Assembly: GCA_973895155.1 (NCBI GenBank)
Contig: OZ316898.1
Coordinates: 11,059,187 to 11,123,186, forward strand
DNA: 64,000 nucleotides
Source of the DNA: Marsupella aquatica
Taxonomy: Eukaryota; Plantae; Marchantiophyta
Direction: 5' to 3'
Below, in pieces: positions 12,801 through 24,833 of this stretch (within the stretch, counting starts at the first letter, position 1; every line of letters begins with the position of its first letter). The notes beneath the pieces were generated by a model that had not been told where the DNA came from, did no database searches, and worked only from the letters and a program-made list of their open reading frames with translations. The position numbers and the translations under genes were made by a program.

Positions 12801-15449
12801 ACTTTGTTGGACATGAACCTCAGCTAGAACCTGCCACCTGCATTAGGATACTCCTTAATTCTTTTGATGCTTCTACCTCTCATAAAAGTAGTCAAATTCA
12901 AAAAACAACTATCCCTGTGTCTCGTTTTTAAATGTCTTCAAGGTACAGAAGATGCTCCAAAAGAATAGCGTAAAACAAAAAGAAAAAAAAAATTGTTTCT
13001 CATCTCAGCAATAGGCTAAGAATAGCCTCCTTCAACGAAATTTCACACTTATTTCAAACTCGTAGATACATTCAAAAGAGTAAACTTAAATCACACTGAC
13101 CAACAGCATACCCAGTAGCACAATTGTCCTCAATACGCAAGGCCCTTTCACAAAACAGTCTCGTCCGCTCTAACCTGCGATTGGCCCAATCCCAAGAAAA
13201 AACCGCCATTATAATTGGTCAAGATGAGAGCAAATATATTCAAAAACACGGAAATTACTGAGCCAATGAATATCTCTAGTCCGTATACAGAATCCTACAT
13301 GACCTGATATCAAGTGCTTGTGAGGACTGGGAAACATACATAGTTGTAATCTCCCTTGCGGTCAGTGCAACGGCCAATTCTGTTGCACGCCAGCGAGGGA
13401 ACTATCCGATATCAGACGAACAAAATTTCGGTCTGTTCATACTGTTGCGAAGAATCCATAATTCGATGTTACGTGAAAGAGCAGTTAATTTTAGGATTCT
13501 TCCCGATGGTCCAAGGATTTATTTCATGGCAAACCTGAACGTCTAGAGACAGAAACTGCTACATACGCATTATGATGTCAGACTTGTTCTCCTTGAAGGT
13601 CTTTCAAGTTATGTGACCCTCCCACGAAAATGCTAGTCCCAAAATTTCTCGATTATCCCAAATGCCACCGTGCTATACCTAACTGAACGTATGTACTACT
13701 TATCTGCGCGTACGTACCTTGAGAGGAGCGATTGGCTGCAATGCATATCGCATCCGAGAGCAGCGACAGCAAGGCCATGCTCTGGGAATGTGTGGGCGAA
13801 AACTCTCCCAAACCAGACAGACACAGATTGAGGACGCTGCTTCCAAATTTCACTTTCAATTTCTATTGCTCGAAACATCTCTTCGCCATCATCATCTTCG
13901 AGAAATTTGGCAGCGACTTCAAATGCCGTCATTGTTCGATGAGCCAATATCATGACCACACTCTGCTTCAAGGCTTGAAACTTTGCAACTCTCCAATCCT
14001 CCCCTGCATGACGAAAATGGTGGACGACGTTAGAGTCATTGCGAGGAGGCCAGCCAGGTACGGAAGAGCGGAGTTGTACAGTCGGAGCAGTACCTGTGGT
14101 TAAGCGATATGCACGCACCCGACGCACTAAAAGTCGTAGCAACAGTTCATGAAAATGCTCCAAAGTATTCGGATCTGATGTAATTTTCCGTAACAGAATT
14201 TCCAGCTCCCTGCTGAGTTCATTATCCACAAATTCTTCCTCTACTGACCGCAATATCTCTTCCGTACAAGGCGAGTCAGGGAAGTCCTTCGAGGTCGTTT
14301 CCCCCTTCAATTGTCCCGAGCAAGGCAGACTTACTTTATCATGCTGAGCAATGCGATTCTTTAACTCCTCTTGAATTGATTTCTCGAGCAATGACGATTT
14401 TGCGTCAGCTAGACCTAGTCTCGCCTCGGACAGAAAATCTTCACTAACCGAAGAACTGTCCACAATTTCCTGCCAGACGCTGCAGGCTTGTCCATAATTC
14501 AAATTCGCTGAGTGGGCGGCTCCAAGTTTGCGTGTATATTCGTAGTATCGGTCCACCCTTCCCAAAGCCTGGGCACGTTCTCTAGTCGCCTGACAGACCT
14601 CCACCAAGTCCTTGCAATTGTCTGTCGCTTCATATAGCTCCACGAGACGCTGATGTGGCAAAGAGAGCAGGGAGCAAGATTTTTAAACAACTAGGGACAT
14701 CCATGAAGCGACTCCTTCATTCCCTGGCCGCAGCACTACGAAAGAAAGCTGTAGTCTCAAGGAGACAGGACATGAAATGCTTCTCAATTTGCAGAATTGG
14801 TCATTAATTCATATTCTCCTTAATTACACGTGAATACCGACTTATTTTCATGCTTATAATTCCAATTGAAGAAAAGACCTGGAATTTTAAAAGAGAAGAA
14901 TAAATTTCTTGTAGGTGACAATATCTCGCTTTGATCAGTATCTTCTCTGCACTAGATAAGAAAAACTTGCTATGCGATCTTCAATATAAAGTACAACAAC
15001 CCTTTTACAGGAGTCAATTGTCAGGAAGCAATCCCGACTTTTTATTCACCAAATTGCAAACCGCGCTGAAAAGTCAATTGCAGAATGCACATTTACTTTC
15101 CACCGTTCAGGATTCACGCACACAAGCCCTAAACAACACACACTATAAGACGAATCGTTTTTACACAAACACCCTCGAACAAGTGAGAAGAACCTCCAAA
15201 AATTATTACCTGCCAGGCGGCCATTTTGGAGGCATTGACTCCGACTGCCAGACGAAGAGCCTTCTCCGCGGGCACATATTGCTTGAGCTGAAATAAGGCA
15301 GATCCCAGAAGAACATACCCGTCGTAATTACTCCGGTCCTGCTTCAGGACAATCTTACAGAGTTTCACTACCTCTTGATACTGCCCTTTCGATAAAGACT
15401 CCTGCGCTCCCCGCAACGCAACCGACATAGATACCTTGTCGTCTGCCAT
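3875..15449 (-). CDS. SKI3: SKI3/TTC37 TPR-repeat subunit of the Ski complex (multi-exon)
   Basis: Exon 1 (MADDKVSMSVALRGAQESLSKGQYQEVVKLCKIVLKQDRSNYDGYVLLG...AAWQ) resembles the TTC37/Ski3 N-terminus. Many TPR exons follow (e.g. FRYLGHYY..., HSFIQALRIDGTHALAWGGLGQ, AHNLRGLVCESRG). The last exon, RPAELYFQM...SWLQRAVRLRPDFIPYWTALKEQ* (stop 3875-3877), resembles the plant SKI3 C-terminus. Internal exon borders are not all resolved. Confidence 0.88.
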
Positions 15450-17778
15450 CGGCCCCCACTCCCCTCCGCTTCAACAGCAACTTGGCGCACAGCTTGGCGA
15501 AAATCCAATTCAGGTGATCGAACAAACATTCATAATACGATTGGCCGCATGGTTTGAAGAGTGAGGGGCGTCTATCGCGCTCTCGTTGTCTCACAAATTT
15601 CTTGCTGCGCGCAAGAAAGCAAAGCGAAGGGCGGAGGTCGTGCTGCTGTTTGTCGTTCGCGTGATGAGAAGTTCTTGCACCAGTGAATGATGAAGGTTCC
15701 GTTGACGCGAGTACTGTTCAGGAGTTTCGGAGGGGAGGGAGAGAAGAGGCACGAGAGAGCGGGAGGAGGAGGATTTGTGATTGTGAGAAATTTGTCATCA
15801 ATAATACTTCTTTTATTAATAAACTGGCGAGAGTTTATTTCTCGGCGATGGTAGCGTTGATGTGCTCCACCGGACTGATGAGCAGCAGCAGCAGGCCACT
15901 GTATTAGCCATGTCTCGCCTTCCCCACAGATCCTCGCCTCCGCTCCACCATTTGCGACTACTGCCTCTCTTGGCTTTGGTCGTCAACTCTTTTCCTACAT
16001 TTGCTGCCGGTGTTATGCTTAGTCTCCGCATGAGCACGGTGGATCGAGTGGCTTTGCGGCTCGTCAAACCTTGGTGAAAAACGAGAGTCCTTGCTGTTGC
16101 AATTGACTTGACATTGTGACAAAGTTTGGCAGATGTAGACAAATATAATAAAAAGGTGTTTTTGAAACGAGGGGACCAGACACACAAAATTGAGAAACCC
16201 AATTCTGGGCTTGACACGAGAGGAGAATGGCTACTAAATGCCCACCTCCAATTGCCAATTAAGCTCATGCGTTGAACAACTCCCGAGCTTAGAGAGGCCT
16301 ATATCAGTTAAAAATTGCTTCTCTCACCGCCCCCCCCCCCCCCCCCCGGTTTAATTAGCAGGGATACTAGTTTATCTTGGCTACCCTTACCTGGGCCACA
16401 ATGACCCGAAACTTGCATGCGCTTGAATTGCTTTAAATACACTAAGCGAGCCTTTTTCTTCACAACCACTATGACAATAAGAGAATTGGTGATAAGAGTG
16501 TTTCAACTGTCAAGCTTTAAAAGAATAAAAAACATACATTCTACTCCAAACAATCTTTGAAGTGAGAATTTGTCATGTAAATGATGTTTCATTTTTTTTT
16601 TAATTTTTTTTATTTTGGGGGGGGGGGGCAAGTTAGAAGTTAACTAGGCCAGTTCTACTACCTGAATTACACCCTTCCCATCCATTTCCCTTACAACAAA
16701 GATTGTACCAATGGCTTTACGTGACAATTCTAAGCACTTTCAACCACACTTGAGGACAAATTCACACATTTTATTCAGTGAGAAGAACAAACCTGGACAC
16801 CAATCCTTGAAACAACTTAAACCATCAGCACCCAGCACAGCACAGATAATTGTGCTGTTTTGGCCAAGAGCTCTCACTCTCTAATATTTTTGGCAAACAG
16901 CTATGGAAACCATGCCCAAAAAAGAAAACCTCACAACTGGCTGACCTCCGGCAAAAAACTATGTGTTGTTGTTGTAATATTAAGGGACTACAGTAGGTAC
17001 TCCACATGCACTTATCCCTGCTACACTTTTTTAGACAAGCACTCTCTTTGTGTTCTCAACACTGTTTTTTAATGTCTTGATTGCCATGCCTACTCCACGT
17101 ATGTCTTGAGCCTACACAAATAATGTCCACTGCTCGAAGCCTAGTGCGTTGAGGTTGTACCAGGCCCAACTAGTGTTTGAAAAGTGAAACAACCATTTTC
17201 AACCTCCAAAGTGCATGTACCCACTGTACACCAAAAACTGATCCATAGATACCTCACGTGAAGTGAAGTACAAACACTAGATCAGTCAACAACTTTCACC
17301 CTTTAGATTTGTTAGAGCAGGGCCCCACACAAGATTACACCATTACCAAGATGCAGTTAAGTGTGGATAAATGCACTCTCCATAAACGCTTACCCTGGAT
17401 TATTGCATGCCATCTTGTTCTTCCCTTTTTTTTACACGGGATAAACGGTTTTTAAGCGTTTTTTCTAAGCGCACATAGGGCTAAAATCATTCCGCTAAAC
17501 GACAACTTTCTAAGCGCTTACCCTGGATAAGTGATTGAATGCGCTTATATGTAAATGCATAAACTCCAGAAATGTCATTTACCGATAAAGGCTTGCCCAT
17601 TATTAGTAGAGTAGATAATGCACTTAAGGAGAGTGGGCAAAGGATTAGGGCCCCGATTAGGGCAGGGATCAAGGCACGAGGCTAACTACTGGGTCCATAG
17701 AGCATGTGAACACGGCTGCGCACTGTAGCTCATGGTACTGTAGCTCGTGAGTCATTGGGATTGTCAGGTGGAATCAAC

Positions 17779-19448
17779 ATGGAGGAAAGGAAGGTGATTA
17801 CACTGACTCACAAGCAGAAGCGAGAAATGTGTCGCCACAAGCAAAAGCATCCAGAGCTCACAAACAAAGCTCTAGTTGAATGGGCTTCAGAAACATTTGG
17901 CACTAAGGTACATCAAACTACTGTTGGTAGAATGTTGAAGAAATCTTTCTCATTGCTTGCCAATGTGACTGCAAATGAAGTCAAACGAAATCGTAGTGCA
18001 CTTTGCCCAGATCTGGAAGAAAGCCTGTATCGTTGGTTCCTCACTGCCCACGAAGCTCGAGTGACAATTTCTGAGGATTTGATTGTTGAGAAAGCTAAGG
18101 GATTGCAAGCCCGACTCTCAAAAAAGGTACCGGCTATCAAGGATTGCAAGTTTAGCTCAGGTTGGTTGCATGGATTCCAAAAACGGCACAACAGTCAGCT
18201 ACGTGTCATGCATGGTGAAGCTGACTCTTGTCAAGTGACCGAGGATACATGGGATCAAGTCGCAGCTCTCAAGGCTACATTGCAACCCTACGAACCCTGT
18301 GATGTTTTTAACATGGATGAAACAGGGCTATTTTTCAGATTGCAACCGAACAAGTCCTTGCAAGACAAAGCAATCAAAGGACAGAAGAAAGACAAGACAC
18401 GGATCACAGTGGGATTGTGTGCGAACATGGATGGCAGCATGAAGCTCCCTCCACTGGTCATTAACAAGGCTGCAATGCCCCGAGCTTTCTCCCAGCGCAA
18501 GATCAAGCTACCAAACAACTTGGGCATTATGTGGTATAGCAATTCAAAAGCGTGGATGAAGGGCGACATTTTTCAGGATTGGGTGCTTCGATTCGATAGC
18601 CGGTTGAAATCTTTGGGCCGAAAGAAGGTGGTCTTGCTGCTGGACAACGCACCTGGACATCTTCTAGCTCCAATTGCCAGCAAGCTGGAAATTACGAAAG
18701 TCATGTTTTTGCCTCCAAACACCACCTCACGTCTGCAGCCCATGGATGCAGGTATAATTCAGAGCTTTAAGTGTCAATATCAGAGATTGTTCATTCAAAA
18801 ACAACTAGCCAATTTTGAGAAAGGTGATTCATTTTCAGTTGATGTCTATCAAGTTGTAATGATGGTGGTAAATGCATGGAATGATGGAGTTACGCAGGCT
18901 ACAATTCAACATTGTTGGGAACATTGTGGTCTGACGATTTTCAGGGATGAGCGAACAGATCGAGTTTCCCGTGAAATTGACCTTGAGGTACCATTGGAGG
19001 ACTCTGATCTTGAGAATCAATTGGAAGAACTTGTTGAACACTTGCAGCAATTGTCACTAACCTATGCAGTGAATTTATCAGTCACAAGTATGTCAATGTT
19101 GACTCTGTGACCAATGCTCCTACATTTGACACAGACGCAGACCTTTCAGAATTTGTAGTGGACAATGAGGGTGAGGACAAAAATGAAGTAGAGATTGCAG
19201 CAGACGAAGTAGTACAGCAAGGCGATATGGAATGTGACGAAATTGAAGCTCATGTGGAAGTGCCTCACATGACATTTGGTGTTGGAATGTCACATTTATG
19301 GGATACTTACTCTATCTCACTTGAATTGAAGAAAATGATGAAAGCTTGTACAAAGGAGCACCTGAAGACCCTTGTTCAGTCGAGTCTTGAAAGCTTCTTT
19401 GATCCCGATGCTCAAGTTGCGTGCAAAATTTTGGATGCAACATTTTGA
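17779..19448 (+). pseudogene. pogo/CENP-B-like transposase (HTH + DDE_1, DD33D) with a 3' frameshift
   Basis: N-terminal CENP-B-type HTH (LEESLYRWF...FSSGWLHGFQKRH). Catalytic motifs are VFNMDETGL, LLLDNAPGH and LQPMDAGII, with 33 residues between D2 and D3. The frame shifts near 19085; the alternate frame continues YVNVDSVTNAPT... into the acidic tail ending at 19448. Confidence 0.88.
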
Positions 19449-19687
19449 GTTGGAAGTCTTAAGTGATAATTTTTGCATTTGTGCACTTAAGTACTAGGGC
19501 AACAGATGGCTGGAAGGACAGCCCCATGTTTGCCCTTGGCGCCCTAAAACGTGCAGGGTTGCGAACTCTCCTCCATCGTCTTTTTTTCCTATTGTGTTTT
19601 GAAGGTGCAGAAGGTGAACAGGGCAAGTCGAGGCTATTTTGAGCGCAAGAAAGAGGGGGCAAGGCGAGGCTATTTCTGAGCGCTGCT

Positions 19688-20227
19688 ATGCCAAAACGAA
19701 AGCAGCCCGCCCCCCTCGTAGCACCTTTGGAAGATCAGTTTTTCCGAGGGGTCAATGCATGCTTCATGTTTGATGGGAAGGTGGGATGGACACGATACAC
19801 TGTTCTCCGTGACAGATTCAAGCTTTTCGGGGGAGTCTTTGCCACGGAGATGAACCCTAGCACTACCCACATCATCACCTCTTCGTGGTCAACTATCATT
19901 GAGAAACAATGTGTTTGCTGGAAGTGCCCATTTTGATTGTCATCAAGCATCCGTTGTGTATCTTGGGATTGGGTGACTGCTTGCCTTACGACACATTGCC
20001 AGGTAGCAGAGTTCCATTTTCGGCTTGATCTGGATGGCGAATGCTTTGGCCAGCTTCATAGGTGGAAGAAATTGAACAGAAATTTTAGCCCAGATGGCAG
20101 ATGGACCTATATTGAAGGGAAATACAATGTTGAGGCTGTGGAGGGCGAAGTAGACCAGGCAGAAAGCTCCTTAGTTGAAGGGGACTGCTCAATCCATACT
20201 GCTGTCGGTACTGAAGAAGTTGTGTAG
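19688..20227 (+). pseudogene. Single BRCT-domain protein inside the pogo element, with one in-frame stop
   Basis: ORFs 19688-19936 and 19937-20227 are the same frame separated only by TGA at 19934-19936. The joined sequence FFRGVNACF...FKLFGG...STTHIITSSW...IRCVSWDWVTACL has the BRCT hallmarks F-x-G, GG, TH and V-x3-W. Confidence 0.75.
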
Positions 20228-22329
20228 GCCCACTGTAGGAACTGTAAACAGACCACTTTTGTTTTTACTACACACTCGACACTAATGTTCTCATTTTGAA
20301 ATAAAGGTTGATTTCACGGAATGTTTGTGTGATCTGGGTATATTGCACTATTTACAATGTGCATGGTGAGTTTTGGAGTCCATATCATTGTTCATTCACT
20401 TGGTAGTGCTCAATCTGCCATCGCCCAGACAATTTGGTCTCAAAAATTTGGAAACCTTGGATAATTTCACATTTAACAAAGGATCTTAAATTAAGCACAC
20501 TTATCTATTACAGCACTTTTAGTGGGATGTGCGCTTATCAAGTCATGCAACACCTACTTAAGTGCATGCCAGATCGTTCTTCGAGAGGGTGCGTTTATCC
20601 AGGGGCCACTGTAATAACAAGAAGGTGGGGGATGATTGTGGCTTGTTCTTACCGAAGCAGACTGGAGGGCCACTTCGGTCCAACAAAAAAGACTCCAGAC
20701 CAGAACTCTTTTTGAAATGAACTTCCATAAATACAAATCCCTTTAATGAGGCCTCCAGATTTTGGAGGTGGTCCAATGTTCTACACAGAAATAAATGCTC
20801 CATATCAACATTTTCTTAGGCCCAATTTTCTTATGCTCTGTAGGATATGCAGACACCATACTTAAATGAGCCCCAGAGTTTTTGTAAAGCCAACCGCATC
20901 CATTTCCACCATTATATAGTCCCGGACAAAAAATAGATAACTACTGTACCCTTGATGTAGTCTTAACGCCATCCTTAGAAGCAGTGGACAATACTATTAA
21001 GTGAGTGACCTGTTCAGAAAGATGGATGTTGCAAGTATAATGCTCTTCTGCACAACTCTTAAATGGATACAAACAAATTATCTAACACACCATAAGCAAT
21101 CAAAAGTATTCTTCAACAAGAGTCAACATATCACATCCTCAAATATAGCTGGCCCCTTCTAATAACATGCTATTTTAACTTAATGACAATAAATTCCATT
21201 GTACCCTATTTAGAGTACTGATAGCTTATGAAATAAAAGCTATCCCATGGTATTCAAATGTATCGAAACAAATTCTAAGAAAGTAAAATAAATAAAAATA
21301 CACACCTTTAAAGTGAGCCCTGCTGGTAATCACACATCAAAATGTGGCTGCATTCATTGATTGAAAGAAAAAAACTAGGGTTATCACAGTATGCAAAGTG
21401 AGTGGGGGTACTATACTTTTGGGTGACAGACAAGTACATTATAATAAATAAGTCAATGTACCTTAGGGGCATAGTATGTATGATCAAAAAAGATAATACA
21501 CTAATTTTGTATTCTATTTTTAGACTCTAGTTTGAGATTCTTTCTATTAGGTGACACCTATTAATGTATAAACCATAAACATTGGAAATTGTTTAGCAGT
21601 GGATATTAAGTTACAATGCATGTTCGGGCTGTGTGCTGTGTCCATGTTCAGCCAGCCTGGTGAGGTGAACCTTAGAAAAAGTCATCAAAGAAAATTAATC
21701 CGTGGACCCCCATGTTCATCCAAGGAATGTGTGTTTGATGAAGTGAAATAAATTTTCAACAAGGCGATAATTGACGGTTTTGAGTCTTCCAATGGTCTTG
21801 GTGTGTGCTCGTACAAAAGAAAATGCTCAAAAGATAGAGGGGATTTATCAACGGAAGGTGAATATGGAGGAATTGACTGAGTTTTTTGATAGTTTTTGCT
21901 TACACATTGGAGAAATCGTGTTTCTATCATTCATGATTGATCGTTTGTGAGTTATATACATTGAGCATTACCACCACAAGACAAAGTGGAGGACAACACT
22001 TAGCTATTGGCAAAAGAGCGCTTGTCGATTTGGTGGGAAGAACACACAAAACAAACGAGTCATCGCTTCACATGAAGGATTTGTAGTTTTTTTATTTAAG
22101 AAAGTTATGGTGTGAGAGGGAGACCAACGATTGTTTCTTTGACATAGAGGCTGCATTTGGCGTCAACCTACGTTCAGAGTGAGCTTCAGTTGAAGACTAG
22201 AGGAATGCAGACAATTCAAGCCAGGAAGCAAGCATTGTGGACAAGGGATGGCGACGTAATCAAATAAATCAATTTTCAACGGCTAAGTTAGTGATGGTGA
22301 TGAGATTGTGATATCTCTTAATCGAGAAT

Positions 22330-22810
22330 GGGTTTCCAATGAATGTGAGTATAAGAATTTCTTTGCCTTTCCAATGAGTGTGAGTATAAGAAATTTTGAT
22401 CATGAGTCCATGAATTCTTTTAGCTTTCCAACATTGAGTCCGACATTGACAAATTTTACGTCAAATTTTGTCACGATACTAAAGAGATCATGAGGTTTTC
22501 AATCTCTCTAGCTTTCTAATGTGTGACATTGAGATTATTTGTCAAGAATTAGAGAGATCATGAGTATATGAATTTCTCTAGCTTTCCAATGAACCTAATA
22601 GTGATAGATTTTGTCAAGTACTAAGGAGATGATGAGTTTCTAATTTGACTTTAGCTTTCCAATGAGTGTGCCATTGAGAGATTTTATCAAGACAATACTA
22701 AAGAGGTCACGAGTTTCTAAATCTTGATCTTGAGTTTTCCAATGAATCAAACATTGACAGATTTTATCAAGTACTAAGGAGATTGATTATTTAGTTTTAC
22801 AATGTGAAGC
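22330..22810. repeat. Degenerate tandem repeat array (~60-65-bp unit)
   Basis: Recurring TAGCTTTCCAATGA...ACATTGA(C/G)AGATTTT(G/A)TCAAG..CTAAGGAGAT..TGAGTTT motifs. Confidence 0.7.
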
Positions 22811-24112
22811 CAAAGGGGTTTTAACTATGTATATTTCTATTGGTTGGTTTTTTCAAGCTTGCAAACAATTAAAAAATACAAGCATTTGATATAAAACACT
22901 GATGTATCTTTGACAAACATCAAAATGGTAACTTTATTTTATTAAATGACATATCTCCCTTTGTATTTTGGTTTTTTTTACATTCAATATTTACGGCATG
23001 GTGCCCCAAAAATTATGTTGCTTTTGCCACAAACAGGAATGTGCACATTTGTTATTGTTAAAAGTAGGATCATTCCTGTTTGTGGCTGGTTGTAGTGATG
23101 TGGCGCAACCTCGTGGCAGGGAATTTGCAAGAGACCTCTCATGGGGGTCCGTAAATAAAAATATAGTATATCAATATAAATTTCTAGCATATCTATAGTA
23201 GTCAAACCTAAGGATTCAAGAAATTAGAGGGTATAAAATATAGCTAATTTCAGTTTAATACAAAATTAAAGCATAGACTAGGCCATATGTATATTAAAAT
23301 ATTTGATGATCTCTTCTAATAAGACAAAATAGGAAGAAGGTGTCCGGCCATTATAGCAGCCCTATATTAGCTCGTTAACAATAGGGTTGCTCCACTTAAG
23401 CAATCTTCCCGAAATGGTAATAAAAATCTTTTTAGGACTATGGTATCTAGATAAATGAGAAAATATTTATCTTTTAAGACACCTAAAAGTGCGAGATCCC
23501 CCAAAAGAAAGTATATAGTTTGTCTTGTAGTGCTTCCCGCTCAAAAAGATTTCCATGTTAAGACGAATAATTAATCATTCATTTTTAGAGTCTTGGATGA
23601 ATTTTTAGTAAAGCAAGGATAAATTAGTTCTGGGTGACTTGGTACTTGTGCCTCAATGCTTGTTCCTTTACAAAGTGTTGTCCTCACCGCTTATACCCTA
23701 AACAAAGTGTTTGCCCCACTTCTATCCCCCACGTGCCATTTTTCCAGTACACAACTAGCTTCGGGTTAGCTTCTAAACTATTGTGAATCCCTTTCAAAAA
23801 AATGTTGAGCCTCTCATGTTTTTCTCATAATGACTTAGGTTAGCAACACATAAGTCACTCAAAACCATAAACTCAGGAAACTGAAGATAACTATGAGCTG
23901 CAGTTACGAGGGGAGGGGTTCATTGGCATTATATTGAAATGTTTGTTTCTCACACCCCTTGAATTCCATCACACTCTTGGGAAGAGATAGCTTAGGGTCT
24001 AGCTATTCATAAAGTTTGAAAATCAATTTAATACAACTTATATATAAAGATAGAACAATATATTCTAACAAAGGATGGACAAGAGGAGGGGTTCTCCAAA
24101 AAGAAAATAAAA

Positions 24113-24404
24113 AACCTCAGGGGGTTAACTTAGTGTATATTTTGGGGTACCACGTGCGATCCTAGCCTAATATAAACACACCTATTTTTTAATAGAAATA
24201 TTCTAAAAATATTCTCTATTTTCAATACTAATGACCTATTTTACTTTATAAAAGGTATATATTAGAGAATATTCTACAAATATAGGTCTATAATACCTTC
24301 TTTTGCTTCCTACGCTTTTTAAAAATTTAGCTAATTTATATGAAAAATACCTATTTTGGATCGCACGTGGTTCCTAAGATTGTTGATAGTCAACCCCCCG
24401 AGTT
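24113..24404. mobile_element. MITE-like AT-rich element with imperfect inverted termini
   Basis: GGTACCACGTGCGATCC (24146-24162) matches the reverse complement of 24358-24374 at 16/17. There is further outer inverted similarity (CTCAGGGGGTTAACT / AGTCAACCCCCCGAG). No clean TSD. Confidence 0.55.
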
Positions 24405-24741
24405 AAAAACATAAGAGGGGGGGTAAAAATATTTTCAAAGTCCAAAACTACAAAGGATGCACCTTAACTAGAATAAATTGAAACAAAAAGATATATCTAA
24501 AATCTCAATAAGACATACTAACCTGAGTAGGCTCCCCAACAAGGTAAACCCAACAAAAGCTTTGTAACTATGAAGAGATATTGTATTGTACATTGAAGAC
24601 TATATTTGCCAAATTGAGCTTGTTTTAAAATAAAAGTGTACCCCACTATGCCATTCTCAATTTTTGTTGTAGAGTATCTATACCTACTAAAGAGAAAACG
24701 GGAGGCCTGTTACTTTGATTTATGCCCATACATTCAACAAT

Positions 24742-24833
24742 CAGTTTTTAACTACCTTGCCACTAAAGATGTGGCTTATTGCAATACTGCCACGGTGTCT
24801 ACAAAAATTACAATACTGCCATGGGTTTTGTAT
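24742..24833 (+). repeat. Dispersed ~90-bp repeat, copy 1 (inverted relative to 55897-55985)
   Basis: CAGTTTTTAACTACCTTGCCACTAAAGATGTGGCTTATTGCAATACTGCCACGG... aligns with few mismatches to the reverse complement of 55897-55985. Confidence 0.8.

Larger units (their letters stand above)
17354..20611 (+). mobile_element. pogo/Tigger-like (Tc1/mariner superfamily) DNA transposon, ~3.26 kb, carrying a BRCT ORF
   Basis: Imperfect 27-bp TIRs: CAGTTAAGTGTGGATAAATGCACTCTC (17354-17380) versus the reverse complement of 20585-20611, CAGTGGCCCCTGGATAAACGCACCCTC (19/27 identical, CAGT ends). The right end is followed by TA; the left end is preceded by TG. The element encloses the transposase and the BRCT ORF. 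Confidence 0.75.

Noticed and set aside
15910-16077. Short signal-peptide-like ORF (MSRLPHR...LLPLLALVV) divergent from SKI3
   Set aside because: Only about 55 aa, with no downstream exons or recognisable domain.
17779-19448. Domesticated CENP-B functionally linked to the nearby CENH3 gene
   Set aside because: The ORF has TIRs, an intact DDD triad and a frameshift, so it is a transposon copy. Proximity to CENH3 is most simply chance.
22330-22810. Repeat array as CRISPR-like
   Set aside because: These are degenerate tandem units without unique spacers, in a eukaryotic context with no cas genes.
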